Shown here piece after piece: positions 38,081 through 48,230 of a stretch of DNA of 64,000 nucleotides; the stretch's first letter is position 1; the number at the start of each line of letters is the position of its first letter. Source of the stretch: a bacterium (GTDB lineage Bacteria; CLD3; SB21); the NCBI GenBank assembly GCA_013360215.1, contig JABWCP010000013.1:1-64000 (forward strand), given 5' to 3'. Both the position numbers and the translations under genes were made by a program. Under the pieces are notes generated by a model. The model was not told where the DNA came from. It saw only the letters and a list, made by a program, of their open reading frames with translations, and made no database searches.

Positions 38081-38854
38081 CTATACCTGCGCTGCGCCGC
38101 AATTGTCGCAAAAATTGGTTTCCGAGCGAAGTTGTTTTCCGCACGTCGTACAATATTTAACCGCGCCGGTAAAGGTAGGCGCATCATTGGCGGCTGCCGG
38201 ATTTACGCAATCTTCGTAGGCCACTGCGGCAAATGTAAACTGCAAGCCGATTGAAAAAACGATCGGTATATAGCACGCATATAAACCGACTTGTGCGATG
38301 ATTTGTGCAACCAAAGCAAAGAGTGTAAACATAAGCCAATCTTTTTTGGCTATGGAAAAACTTTTTTGAATAGCTTCCATAGGCCCCAGGCCTTCGTATA
38401 CAGCGATGGGTATGGCCAAATAAAAAAAACCGCCGACGATAAAAGCCGGAAAAACGCAAAAAACGAATCCGATGCACGCGGCGAAAACATATACAAGACA
38501 AATAACTAATACTGTGAAAAAATGGCCGCCACCACTAAAGGCATCCGATACGGAGATGGACTCCCCTTTTAATTGTTTACGCGCGGTGAGGTACATGCCC
38601 GGTAAAAGGAAAAGCATAAAAAGGCCGATTCCCAAAACGAGAAGGCCGAACATTACCATACCCGGCAAAGCCACATCCGGATCCATGTGTTTTCCGAGAA
38701 AGGGGAGTGCGAAAATGCTGGCATATAACATGATGATTGCGACGACTAGCGGGCCGAAATAAAGAGATCCCATTAGAGCCCACGTGCCCCAGTCTTTGCG
38801 CAGCAAATCAAATCCGCGCGAAATCCAATCGCCAAATTTTACCGTGTTTCCCAT
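38081..38854 (-). CDS. Membrane protein with C-terminal zinc ribbon (paralog 2)
   Basis: TM helices; CTTCG...FCDNCG; GGAGG RBS before ATG 38854. Confidence 0.85.
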   Translation of the reverse strand: MGNTVKFGDWISRGFDLLRKDWGTWALMGSLYFGPLVVAIIMLYASIFALPFLGKHMDPDVALPGMVMFGLLVLGIGLFMLFLLPGMYLTARKQLKGESISVSDAFSGGGHFFTVLVICLVYVFAACIGFVFCVFPAFIVGGFFYLAIPIAVYEGLGPMEAIQKSFSIAKKDWLMFTLFALVAQIIAQVGLYACYIPIVFSIGLQFTFAAVAYEDCVNPAAANDAPTFTGAVKYCTTCGKQLRSETNFCDNCGAAQV

Positions 38855-38868
38855 ACATCCTCCCTCTA

Positions 38869-39666
38869 TTATACTTGTGATGCGCCGCACTTATCGCAAA
38901 ACGATGCGCGGACATCTATGGAAGCTCCGCATCGAATACAGGACTTTGAGTATAATGCGTCCACGCGAGATATCGGTTCTTCCGTTTTGATTTCAAAACA
39001 GTCTCTGTATGCTGCGGCTGTCGTGGTCACTATCAAAGGGGCCGTAATAAAAATACCGATTCCGCACAATAGAATGCCAAGAAACGCCAGCACCTGCGTT
39101 ACGATCCAAAGGACGGTGTACATGACCCAATCGCTTTTGGTCGTTTCAAAACTTTTTTTCAAGGCTTCCAATGGCGGAAGATTTTCACGAACGACCATCG
39201 GTACGACGTAGTACAAAAGTCCTTGTGCGATCAAACCGGGAAATAGACACAACATGCTGCCGATCATGCTAAACAAACTGACTGAAAGCATTGCGACTAA
39301 TACCGATACATAAATATCCACACCGGAGAAAGCATCGCTAACGGAAATGGACTCGCCCTGAATTTGGCGAAATGCCGCCCGAAAAGCGCCGCCCATAAAA
39401 AAGGCGATAATAAATACCATAGCAAATTGCGTGAGCATATTGACGGCAAACGACGATTCCATGGAGCGAAGAAAATAATCCGTCAGGCTTTCGTTAGGGC
39501 CGATCTGTAGCGAACGGCCGATAAGCATTTGGATCATGATATAGACAAATCCGGCCGGAATAAAAGTCAATGCACTGATACCGGTCCATGCCGCCCACTC
39601 CTGACGCAGCATCGTCCAACCTTCACTCAGCCATTTACCCAAACGTACTTGATAATTCGGATTCAT
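38869..39666 (-). CDS. Membrane protein with C-terminal zinc ribbon (paralog 1)
   Basis: TM helices; CIRCG...FCDKCG. Confidence 0.85.
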   Translation of the reverse strand: MNPNYQVRLGKWLSEGWTMLRQEWAAWTGISALTFIPAGFVYIMIQMLIGRSLQIGPNESLTDYFLRSMESSFAVNMLTQFAMVFIIAFFMGGAFRAAFRQIQGESISVSDAFSGVDIYVSVLVAMLSVSLFSMIGSMLCLFPGLIAQGLLYYVVPMVVRENLPPLEALKKSFETTKSDWVMYTVLWIVTQVLAFLGILLCGIGIFITAPLIVTTTAAAYRDCFEIKTEEPISRVDALYSKSCIRCGASIDVRASFCDKCGASQV

Positions 39667-39682
39667 AGTTCCTCAAAAAAAT

Positions 39683-39710
39683 AAAAAGCGGGTTGCGATG
39701 AACAACCCGC
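39683..39710 (-). terminator. Intrinsic terminator after the transporter
   Basis: GCGGGTTG / CAACCCGC stem with minus-strand T-tract. Confidence 0.75.
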
Positions 39711-39755
39711 ATAATAATCATTTCCTACTTTTTACAAAAGCAAAAAACCAAACTA

Positions 39756-41144
39756 TCAGTGCGATGAAGTGCCGCCGGCACCGGGCATACAGCAAGACCC
39801 GGCTGGCGCTTGTTCGATCACTTGGGCGTGGGGTTTGGTCTCTTTGCCTTCCTTATGCGGTGCGTGCGGATGCCATCCGACCATATACAGCATTATAAAA
39901 AAGCCGATGATATAGGCTACGGCAACGTGCCAGCCGTCTTTTATCCAAAATACTACGGATTTGCCTTTGGGGAACATATTGGTCAATGCGACGCCGGCCG
40001 ACGATCCGAACCAAATCATGGAACCGCCGAAACCTACTGTAAATGCCAAAATACCCCAATCGTAGCCGCCTTGTGTCAGAGCCAATTTGGTCAGCGGAAT
40101 ATTATCAAATACAGCAGAAACAAAACCAAGGCTGAAGGCTGTTTCCCAGGAAGCCGGAGGCAGTTCCTCGACGGGCATCATCGAAGCGCACATCACCAAG
40201 GATAATAGGAAAATACTACCTTTCAAAGCACCGGGCAATTCATGCCATGCAGTTTTGCGAAATGTCGCGCCAATTAAAATCGCGATCCATACGCCGACGG
40301 CGGGGAAATCCAACATAAAGTTGGTTGTAATCGCACCGACGAGGATAAGGAAGACAACTAAAATTTTCCCCCAGTCAATGGCGATATCTTCGGCATGGGC
40401 CGCGACGATAGGTTGAAATTTATGTTGTTGTTTGGCGGCGATAAAACCAAATACTAAGAATGACGCGATCGCGCCAACAAAAGCGTGTGTGACATCCAAT
40501 GCGTTTACACCGTCTATCCACATCATCGTTGTCGTTGTATCGCCGACGACAGAGCCGGCACCTCCGGCATTGCTTGCAGCAACGATCGCCGCAAGAAATC
40601 CGATATGCACATTGCCTTTGAAAACGACCATCGCAATGGTACCGCCGATCATTGCCGCGGCGATATTATCCAAGAACGATGAGAGAATCATAACGATAAA
40701 CAGTAACACAAAACCGCCCATCCAGCCGGATGGCAGATATCTGGGAAGAATTTCGGGGATTTTGGATTCTTCAAAGTGTTTTGCCAAAAGTGCAAAACCA
40801 AGCAACAACCCGAGCAGATTGGTAAGGATTTCCCATTCGTGATGGATATGATTCATTAAATTAAAATTGGTAAATCCTAATTTGAAAGTTAAGATGGTAG
40901 CCAAGCCAATAAGCGCAACTTGCAAAACATAATGGTGAAAAAGCGCCACACCAAGCAGCGTCAAAGCAAAAAGGGTAAATTCGAAAGGAATACCGAAAAA
41001 CATAATTTGACTGTGACCAAGGGATTCAACCGTGGAAAACATGGGTTGACTGGAAAACAGCGACATCATGCCGATCACGGCCAAAACAAAAAGACCGATA
41101 ATAACCGGCGCGGTAAAAAAACCGCCTTTTTGTGTTTCACTCAT
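39756..41144 (-). CDS. Ion-transporter superfamily permease (NhaD / citrate transporter-like)
   Basis: LSSFLDN, ASNAGGAGSVVGDTTT, SAVFDNIP, GGSMIWFGSSAGVA. Confidence 0.88.
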   Translation of the reverse strand: MSETQKGGFFTAPVIIGLFVLAVIGMMSLFSSQPMFSTVESLGHSQIMFFGIPFEFTLFALTLLGVALFHHYVLQVALIGLATILTFKLGFTNFNLMNHIHHEWEILTNLLGLLLGFALLAKHFEESKIPEILPRYLPSGWMGGFVLLFIVMILSSFLDNIAAAMIGGTIAMVVFKGNVHIGFLAAIVAASNAGGAGSVVGDTTTTMMWIDGVNALDVTHAFVGAIASFLVFGFIAAKQQHKFQPIVAAHAEDIAIDWGKILVVFLILVGAITTNFMLDFPAVGVWIAILIGATFRKTAWHELPGALKGSIFLLSLVMCASMMPVEELPPASWETAFSLGFVSAVFDNIPLTKLALTQGGYDWGILAFTVGFGGSMIWFGSSAGVALTNMFPKGKSVVFWIKDGWHVAVAYIIGFFIMLYMVGWHPHAPHKEGKETKPHAQVIEQAPAGSCCMPGAGGTSSH

Positions 41145-41196
41145 AGACGCTCCTCCTGTGTAGGGTTAAACAATTTTTCGTTCGCAAAACGGTATA

Positions 41197-41748
41197 TTAC
41201 AATAACGATTTGTCTTTATGGTATTTGGATTTGCGATACTCGGCGGCAAATTCACAATATACTTCCCAATTGCGGCGTATCATCGCCAATGTTTGTTCAT
41301 CGGCTGTTTTTTTGACTTTGGCAGGCACACCCATGACAACCGAGTTGGGCGGAATAATCTGATTTTGCATGACGATCGCACCCGCCGCGACGATGCAGTT
41401 TTCACCGACTTCGGCACCGTTGAGTATCGTGGCATGCATGCCGATGATGCAGTTTTTGCGAATGGTTGCGCCGTGCACGATGGCGCTGTGACCTATGGAG
41501 ACGTTATCTTCGATAATGGCGGGAAAATGATCGTCCACATGCACGACGGCGTTATCCTGTATATTGCAGTTTTTTCCGATAATGATGGGGTCCATGTCGC
41601 AACGTAAAACGGCGCCAAACCAGATGCCGCAATTTTCGCCGATTTTTACGCCGCCGATGACAGAAGCGGTATTGGCGATAAAAACGCTGTCGTGAATTTC
41701 AGGCGGTTTAAGATCAGACAAACGAAAAGGTTTATGGATGGGTTCCAC
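41197..41748 (-). CDS. Gamma-carbonic-anhydrase family protein
   Basis: Hexapeptide repeats, NIQDNAVVH, IGHSAIVHG; likely GTG start at 41748 with GAGG RBS. Confidence 0.92.
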   Translation of the reverse strand: MEPIHKPFRLSDLKPPEIHDSVFIANTASVIGGVKIGENCGIWFGAVLRCDMDPIIIGKNCNIQDNAVVHVDDHFPAIIEDNVSIGHSAIVHGATIRKNCIIGMHATILNGAEVGENCIVAAGAIVMQNQIIPPNSVVMGVPAKVKKTADEQTLAMIRRNWEVYCEFAAEYRKSKYHKDKSLL

Positions 41749-41885
41749 GATGCCTCGGTGTACACAATGTTTAAACGGTGGTTGGGATGTTGATTCAGCG
41801 GCGGTAAGTTCTAAAAAAAAAGATTCAAAGTCAAATTGCATGCCTTAAGCGCTCTCGCACTTATCCGGGTATCTCGGAAGTTTTC

Positions 41886-41914
41886 TTGCACTTATCGGCA
41901 GCAGAGCGTATAAT
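41886..41914 (+). promoter_or_regulatory. Sigma70-type promoter of cdd
   Basis: TTGCAC + 17 bp + TATAAT. Confidence 0.7.
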
Positions 41915-41919
41915 CTGTT

Positions 41920-42327
41920 ATGAATGAGCGTGAAGAAATAGAAGCGCTGATCCAAGAAGCGATCCATGCGCGATCATTTGCCGTAGCGCCATATTCCAAA
42001 TTCCAGGTCGGCGCTTTGGTTGTGATGAAGTCCGGCAAACGATTCACCGGATGTAATGTCGAAGTGAGTTCTTACGGTCTCACGATCTGTGCCGAACGTA
42101 CGGCGATTTTCAAGTCGCTTTCAGAAGGCGAACGAGATGTACATACCGTCGTGGTTGTTGCCGATACGACCGGGCCGTGTTTTCCTTGCGGGGCGTGCCG
42201 ACAGGTGCTTTCCGATTTTGCACCCAATGCGCGGATAATTTGCAGTAATATCCATGGCGTGTATTCCGTTTTCAGCATGAAAGAACTTTTGCCTCACGCT
42301 TTTGATGCAAACGATCTCCACCCGTAA
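41920..42327 (+). CDS. cdd: Cytidine deaminase (tetrameric type)
   Basis: APYSKFQVGA, GCNVE, CAER, PCGACRQ. Confidence 0.95.
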   Translation: MNEREEIEALIQEAIHARSFAVAPYSKFQVGALVVMKSGKRFTGCNVEVSSYGLTICAERTAIFKSLSEGERDVHTVVVVADTTGPCFPCGACRQVLSDFAPNARIICSNIHGVYSVFSMKELLPHAFDANDLHP

Positions 42328-42371
42328 TTTCATTTAACACTTAAAAATTTCTACTAAGGGTCTGTTCAACG

Positions 42372-43460
42372 ATGGCAGAATGGTTTGGTGTATTTCAGGT
42401 CGAAGATCCGGTATGGCGGCATTTGATCCAAGCCGGGGTGATAATTGTCGGCGGGTACGTATTGGCTAAACTTTTGTATCGCTTGGTACACCTGATCGGA
42501 TACAAAATTTCTGCTAAAACAGAAACGGATCTCGACGATAAAATCGTTGCCATATTTGAAAAATCCGTGCAACGAATCGTCAATACGACGGCGCTTTATT
42601 TTGCTATCAATCGGTTGGAGCCTTTATTTCAAGGTACGTGGCTCAACTATGTGGATGGCGCTTTTTTTGTTGTGATGGTCATCCTCGCGACCATACTCCT
42701 GACCAACGTAACGAAAACAATCATCGAATGGTATGTGGCTACCATCGCGGTGAGGACAGAGAGTCCGGTGGATGAAGAAATACTTCCGCTGATTCGTCGT
42801 CTTCTTAATATGTTGCTTTATTCTATCGCACTGATGATCTGTCTTGATCATTTTCACATTGATATCAAAGCACTCGTCGTGTCGCTTGGTGTGGGTTCGT
42901 TTGCCATCGCGTTTGCGGCGCAGGAAACGTTGTCTAATATGATTGCAGGTTTTGTGATCATGGTGGATCGCCCGTTTCGCGTGGGGGATCGTATTCGTAT
43001 TACGGCCGGCAATATCACCGGTGATATCGTCAAAGTCGGTCTTCGCAGCACACAGATTCTTGATTTTGATTACAATATAGTCACGGTGCCCAACGCGCAG
43101 ATCGTCAAATCGGATATTATCAATTTTGCCTATCCGGATCCAACGATGCGGTTGCGTATCGAAGTGGGCATAGCCTATGGTAGCGACATCGAAAAGGCGA
43201 AAAAAATATTGCTGGAGGTATTGCAGAGTGATGAACGCATTCTCAAAGAACCGTTGCCTGAAGTGGCTGTGATAGGTTTTGGCGATTCGGCTGTGCAGCT
43301 GGTGGCGATCGGACGCGTTCGGCATTATAAAGAGCATTTCGAGACCGGCGATACGGTTCGGGACCGGATCCATTCATCATTTGCCCGCAACGGCATCGAG
43401 ATACCTTATCCGCATCGGGTGATTATTGCCCGTACCGATCAAAACGCAAAAAACGGCTGA
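42372..43460 (+). CDS. MscS-family mechanosensitive channel
   Basis: AFAAQETLSN, RPFRVGDRI, VGLRST, VPN, GIEIPYP. Confidence 0.93.
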   Translation: MAEWFGVFQVEDPVWRHLIQAGVIIVGGYVLAKLLYRLVHLIGYKISAKTETDLDDKIVAIFEKSVQRIVNTTALYFAINRLEPLFQGTWLNYVDGAFFVVMVILATILLTNVTKTIIEWYVATIAVRTESPVDEEILPLIRRLLNMLLYSIALMICLDHFHIDIKALVVSLGVGSFAIAFAAQETLSNMIAGFVIMVDRPFRVGDRIRITAGNITGDIVKVGLRSTQILDFDYNIVTVPNAQIVKSDIINFAYPDPTMRLRIEVGIAYGSDIEKAKKILLEVLQSDERILKEPLPEVAVIGFGDSAVQLVAIGRVRHYKEHFETGDTVRDRIHSSFARNGIEIPYPHRVIIARTDQNAKNG

Positions 43461-43622
43461 TTTTCCAGGGTATGATTTTATAAAAAAACGACTTTTTTTT
43501 GGATTGCTTAACTTGCTTTTTTAGGTGTACCTGTCTATATTCGCGGGCGTAACCCTGCGTTCAAATATCTGCATAATTGTGGTAACTTTCGATAGAGTAA
43601 AATGAATTTCCCGGAGAAAACA

Positions 43623-46600
43623 ATGCTCAAAGTACGTTTAACCGGTATTGCGGTTTGGGCCGCAGTGCTTCTGTCTTTTTTTGCACAAACGGCACACAGC
43701 CAATCCAATGCGCGCGGCATGTTCGAATTTGTGTCCCGCGTGGGAAATCCAGACGACGGCGCGACAGACCTCGTTTTGGACGGAAAAACGCTTTTTGTTG
43801 CCAATAAATTCAGCGGCCTTCAGATCATTGATATTTCCGATATCCGCCGCCCGATTATTCGCAGCCGTACCAAATCGGAAGGTCAAAATTTTGGTATTGC
43901 CAAAAAAGACAAGATGGTGTTTTTATCGGATAATAAAGCCGGTTTGGTTGTCTATGATGTTACCAGTTTGTCCAAACCTAAACTCGTGACATCCTTTGAA
44001 ACGCGCGGTGAAGCGTGGGACGTCCAGATCAAAGATAATTATGCTTTCGTAGCGGCCGGTCTTGCCGGTCTTCTCGTTATTGACATTACAGATCCCAAAG
44101 CGCCTAAAGAAGTCGGTTCTCTGCGTTTTGATAAAGATTGGGACTTTGCGCGTCAGCTTTTGATTCGTGAAAACCGTTTGTACCTTGCTGATCGTAAAGC
44201 CGGCGTACATATCATCAATATCGAAAACCCTCTTGCGCCCAAAGAGATCAAACGTTTTCCTACGCAGTTTGCCGAAGGTTTGGATGTGTGGGATAACTAC
44301 ATCTGTGTGGCAGACGGGCCGAGCGGTTTTGTGATTTTGGATATCACCAATCCCGAAAAAATCAGACAAATTGCATCGCAAACATTACCCGGCCATGCGA
44401 ATCGTATCTTCAAAGAAGGGCCGTACGTCTATATCGGTGTTGACGATGCGGGTATTCGCGCCTATGATGTGAGCAATCCGGCAAAACCGTTTTTTGATGC
44501 GCGCTACGATACGCCGGGTCAAACATTCGGTATGATCAAATATGATATTTTCCTTGTTGCGGCAGATTTGAATGCGGTTCTTTTTCTCACGCATAACAAA
44601 CCTCCGGTCATTACACGTTCCGGCGATAAGGTCATAGCCGAAAACCAGACGTTGCGTTTTAAAATCAAAGGTATGGATCCGGATAACAATCCGATCGGTT
44701 TTTCTGCCAATTTTATTCCTCAAGGCGCATCGTTTGATATCAAAGATACGGTTTTTTCGTGGACACCTTCTTTCGAACAATCCGGCGTATATGAGGGAGT
44801 AGTATTCTCCGCGACAGAAAAAACACAATCCGCATTATTTTCGCGTGATACGATCAAAATCACCGTAAATAATGTCAATCGCGCCCCGGCGCTTCCTTCC
44901 ACGGGAAATTACACGGTAGATGAAAATAAAGAATTGGCTTTTACGATCAATAAACCGACCGATCCGGATATCGAAGATACGACAAGCCTCAAAGTCGAAT
45001 TGACTAATCCGCCAACCGGTGCAACGTTTGACAGTAAGACGCTGGCTTTCAAGTGGGTTCCCGCTTACGATCAATCCGGTGTATACACATTGTCTTTTGT
45101 GGTGACGGACGGCAGTGGTGCAACGGATACCAAACAAACAACGTTGACGGTTAAAAACATCAATCGCCCTCCTATGTTTGATGCGCTTGCGGCATCGTTC
45201 ACGACGGACGAAAACAAGCCGGTATCATTTACGGTCGTCGCCAGCGATTTGGATAAAGAAGACGCCGGTAAGTTGGAGTTGGGTGGATTCAATATTCCTC
45301 CCGGCGCAACGTTTGACCGCAGCAGCGGTGTTTTAACGTGGACACCTTCGTATGACCAATCGGGCAAATACGACGGGATTTATTTTATCGTGCGTGATGC
45401 CGAAGGATTGAGCGACACCGTCAATACATCAATCACCGTAAACCACGTCAATCGTCCACCTTTCTTTGCTACCGTGGATGCGCAAAAGATTGATGAAGTG
45501 AAACCGTTATCATTCAAAATAGCGGCGGCGGATGCCGATGCCGAAGACGACGGCAAGCTGACAATCAAAGCGACGACCGTACCCCAAGGTGCAATATATA
45601 ATGAAATAACCCGCACCTTGACATGGACGCCGACCTATGATCAATCCGGCGACTATACGGCTGTATTCAAAGTAACCGATCCGGCCGGTGCCAGCGATGA
45701 AATGACCGTACCTGTCCAAGTCGTGAATATCAATCGCGCGCCAAGTATCGCTGCAGTTCCTGCGCAAAATGCGGATGAAAATAAAGCCTATACGTTGGTC
45801 GTAACGGAAGGAACGGATCCGGATAAAGAAGACGTAGGCAAGCTTACTTACAAAGCTGAAAATCTACCGCAAGGTGCGACTTTCGATCCGGCGACGCGTA
45901 CGATCGCATGGACACCGACGTACGATCAATCCGGCGTATATGAAGGTGTCAAAGTAACCGTTACCGATGCACTTGGACTTACAGCTACGACGACATTTCG
46001 TTTCACGGTCAAAAATATCAATCGTCCTCCGGTAATGGAAGTGATTGCAGCGCAAACTTCGGATGAGCAGAAACCGTTGGCTTTCCAGGTCAAATTTTCC
46101 GATCCGGATAAAGAAGATGCGAATCGTTTGACGGTAGCTGCGGCCGGAATGCCGCTAGGCGCTTCGTTTGCCGGCGGTAATTTTACGTGGACACCGACGT
46201 TTGATCAAGCGGGTAACTATACGGTTAAATTTACGGTAACTGATTTTGAAAAATTATCGGACACCAAAGAAGCGGTCATAACGATTAATAACGTCAATCG
46301 TCCGCCGGTATTGGCTGCGATCCTTGCGCAAGCCGCGACAGAAAACACTCCTTTCACATTTACCGTTCCTGCAGCGAACGACCCGGACAAAGAAGATGCC
46401 GGCAAGCTCACGTATAAAGCAGAAGGATTGCCGGAAGGTGCAAATTTTGATGCGGCAACACGTGTCGTCAAGTGGACACCGACGTATGATCAATCCGGCG
46501 ATCACAATATACGTATTACGGTTACGGATGTATTGGGCGTCGCGGATAACAAAGAACTCGTAATCAAAGTTAAGAATGTAAACCGCACCCCTGTTGTAGC

Positions 46601-47420
46601 GGATGTGGCCGCGCAAAACGGCGATGAAAATGCGAAGATGGAGTTTCGCATTGAAACCAGTGATCCGGATAAAGAAGATGCGGACAAACTGAAAGTAGTG
46701 GCGGAGCAAATGCCACAAGGCGCTACGTTTGCCAATAACACATTTAGCTGGACACCGACGTACGATCAAGCCGGGACCTATCGCGTAACTTTCCGCGCAA
46801 CGGATGTTGCCGGAGGATTTGCCGTCAAAACGGCCGTGATCACCATCAAAAATGTAAACCGCAATCCTGCCCTCGGTGCGATCAATAATCAGACAGCCGA
46901 CGAAAATAAATTTATGACATTTACAGTGTCAGCCAGCGATCCGGATAAAGAAGATCAAATTCGCTTAAATGTTACGGCTTCGGACCTTCCGAAAGGCGCG
47001 ACGTATGCGGCGGGTAAATTCTCATGGATGCCCGGATATGATCAAGCCGGAGATTATACGGTGAAGTTTACAGCTAAGGATCCAAGCGGCGGTGAAGATG
47101 TAAAATCTGTTTCCATCAAAGTGAATAATACTAATCGTGCACCGAAAATGAATGCTGTTGGGACAAAAAATGGCAAAGAAGGATCTGAAATTTCATTCAG
47201 TGCATCAGCCAGTGATCCGGACAATGATAATCTGTCGTTCAGCCTCGTTGGCGGCCCTTCGGGTGCAACTATGAGCAGTGATGGGAAATTTACGTGGACA
47301 CCGCAAACCGGTCAGTCGGGCACATTTAACTTTACAGTCAAAGTAAGTGATGGTACGGCCGAAGCGTCTGCTCCGGTTACCGTAATTGTTGCCAAAGCAC
47401 CACAAGGCGGCGGTCAATAA
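43623..47420 (+). CDS. Large secreted protein: LVIVD beta-propeller + 10 tandem Ig/cadherin-like repeats
   Basis: Signal peptide; LVIVD repeats (GLQIIDISD, GLLVIDITD); 10 units starting N(R/K)xP with DPD(KED) and WTP.YDQ.G.Y. Confidence 0.9.
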   Translation: MLKVRLTGIAVWAAVLLSFFAQTAHSQSNARGMFEFVSRVGNPDDGATDLVLDGKTLFVANKFSGLQIIDISDIRRPIIRSRTKSEGQNFGIAKKDKMVFLSDNKAGLVVYDVTSLSKPKLVTSFETRGEAWDVQIKDNYAFVAAGLAGLLVIDITDPKAPKEVGSLRFDKDWDFARQLLIRENRLYLADRKAGVHIINIENPLAPKEIKRFPTQFAEGLDVWDNYICVADGPSGFVILDITNPEKIRQIASQTLPGHANRIFKEGPYVYIGVDDAGIRAYDVSNPAKPFFDARYDTPGQTFGMIKYDIFLVAADLNAVLFLTHNKPPVITRSGDKVIAENQTLRFKIKGMDPDNNPIGFSANFIPQGASFDIKDTVFSWTPSFEQSGVYEGVVFSATEKTQSALFSRDTIKITVNNVNRAPALPSTGNYTVDENKELAFTINKPTDPDIEDTTSLKVELTNPPTGATFDSKTLAFKWVPAYDQSGVYTLSFVVTDGSGATDTKQTTLTVKNINRPPMFDALAASFTTDENKPVSFTVVASDLDKEDAGKLELGGFNIPPGATFDRSSGVLTWTPSYDQSGKYDGIYFIVRDAEGLSDTVNTSITVNHVNRPPFFATVDAQKIDEVKPLSFKIAAADADAEDDGKLTIKATTVPQGAIYNEITRTLTWTPTYDQSGDYTAVFKVTDPAGASDEMTVPVQVVNINRAPSIAAVPAQNADENKAYTLVVTEGTDPDKEDVGKLTYKAENLPQGATFDPATRTIAWTPTYDQSGVYEGVKVTVTDALGLTATTTFRFTVKNINRPPVMEVIAAQTSDEQKPLAFQVKFSDPDKEDANRLTVAAAGMPLGASFAGGNFTWTPTFDQAGNYTVKFTVTDFEKLSDTKEAVITINNVNRPPVLAAILAQAATENTPFTFTVPAANDPDKEDAGKLTYKAEGLPEGANFDAATRVVKWTPTYDQSGDHNIRITVTDVLGVADNKELVIKVKNVNRTPVVADVAAQNGDENAKMEFRIETSDPDKEDADKLKVVAEQMPQGATFANNTFSWTPTYDQAGTYRVTFRATDVAGGFAVKTAVITIKNVNRNPALGAINNQTADENKFMTFTVSASDPDKEDQIRLNVTASDLPKGATYAAGKFSWMPGYDQAGDYTVKFTAKDPSGGEDVKSVSIKVNNTNRAPKMNAVGTKNGKEGSEISFSASASDPDNDNLSFSLVGGPSGATMSSDGKFTWTPQTGQSGTFNFTVKVSDGTAEASAPVTVIVAKAPQGGGQ
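44592..47390 (+). repeat. Intragenic tandem domain repeats (about 280-300 nt units)
   Basis: Recurrent tggacaccgacgtaYgatcaa and gatccggataaagaaga. Confidence 0.85.
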
Positions 47421-47444
47421 GTTTTAATAATGATCTGAAAAAAT

Positions 47445-47480
47445 CAAAGCCCTTTGGTAAAACAAAGGGCTTTGTTGTTT
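47445..47480 (+). terminator. Intrinsic terminator
   Basis: CAAAGCCCTTTG / CAAAGGGCTTTG + T-rich tail. Confidence 0.8.
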
Positions 47481-47661
47481 TATGCAATGATCCGCATGAA
47501 GATAAAAATGATCGAATAGAAAGTATTCTGATGTCGAATTCGAGGGCGAGAGCTACACCTGAATGTGACGAATGTGAATAGAATAGTCATTATATATAAG
47601 CTTATGGCTTATACCATGCTCTGACGTTTCGTAATAAGTATCATTACTGTTGGTACAAATG

Positions 47662-47693
47662 AAAAACCCGCTAAAGGTATTAGCGGGTTTTTT
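47662..47693. terminator. Bidirectional intrinsic terminator
   Basis: AAAAACCCGCTAA / TTAGCGGGTTTTT. Confidence 0.85.
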
Positions 47694-47723
47694 ATGATCA
47701 AACAAATAGAATGTAATTCCTAA

Positions 47724-48206
47724 TTAATTGGCGCGACTCCAATACGAAGTACGTCCGATCAATGAAAATCCTATGAATCCGCGGATTTTCAATTTATTCT
47801 GTTCCATGAGCTGCATATAGCATTTATAATCAGAGCCTTTTTTGGGATCATAGATCATACCGTTGCTCCATTCACCTTCAGCAGAATCATACGTGAAGTC
47901 CCGCAAAATCACCAAACCGATGATTTTTTGTGAGCGACGACCAGAATCGGGGTTTTTGAAATCTACTTTTTCGGCGCCAAGTTTGACTAAGGGTTCGCCT
48001 TCATTATCGCTTACATCATTGGCGTTATACGTAGGTTCTTTGAGCCATACGATTTTGCCAAAATACTGTGAACCTTGTTTGTAAATTTCGATCTGTGCCG
48101 TGCCTTCTTCATTGTACCACTTACCGATGATGGCATCCGGATCGCCCGCAAATGCGGCTGACAAACCGACTACCATAAGTAAACCGAGGATCATAAAACG
48201 CTTCAT
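47724..48206 (-). CDS. DUF2147-domain secreted protein
   Basis: IIGKW, GKIVWL, D.KNPD, IYDPKKG..Y, IRGFIG..LIGRT..W. Confidence 0.9.
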   Translation of the reverse strand: MKRFMILGLLMVVGLSAAFAGDPDAIIGKWYNEEGTAQIEIYKQGSQYFGKIVWLKEPTYNANDVSDNEGEPLVKLGAEKVDFKNPDSGRRSQKIIGLVILRDFTYDSAEGEWSNGMIYDPKKGSDYKCYMQLMEQNKLKIRGFIGFSLIGRTSYWSRAN

Positions 48207-48230
48207 ACAGCGCCTCCTTTGAATGATGAA

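Noticed and set aside
44592-47390. Recurring DNA words as a possible CRISPR or DGR repeat
   Set aside because: They are in-frame coding repeats of Ig-like domains; no reverse transcriptase and no adenine-specific variation seen
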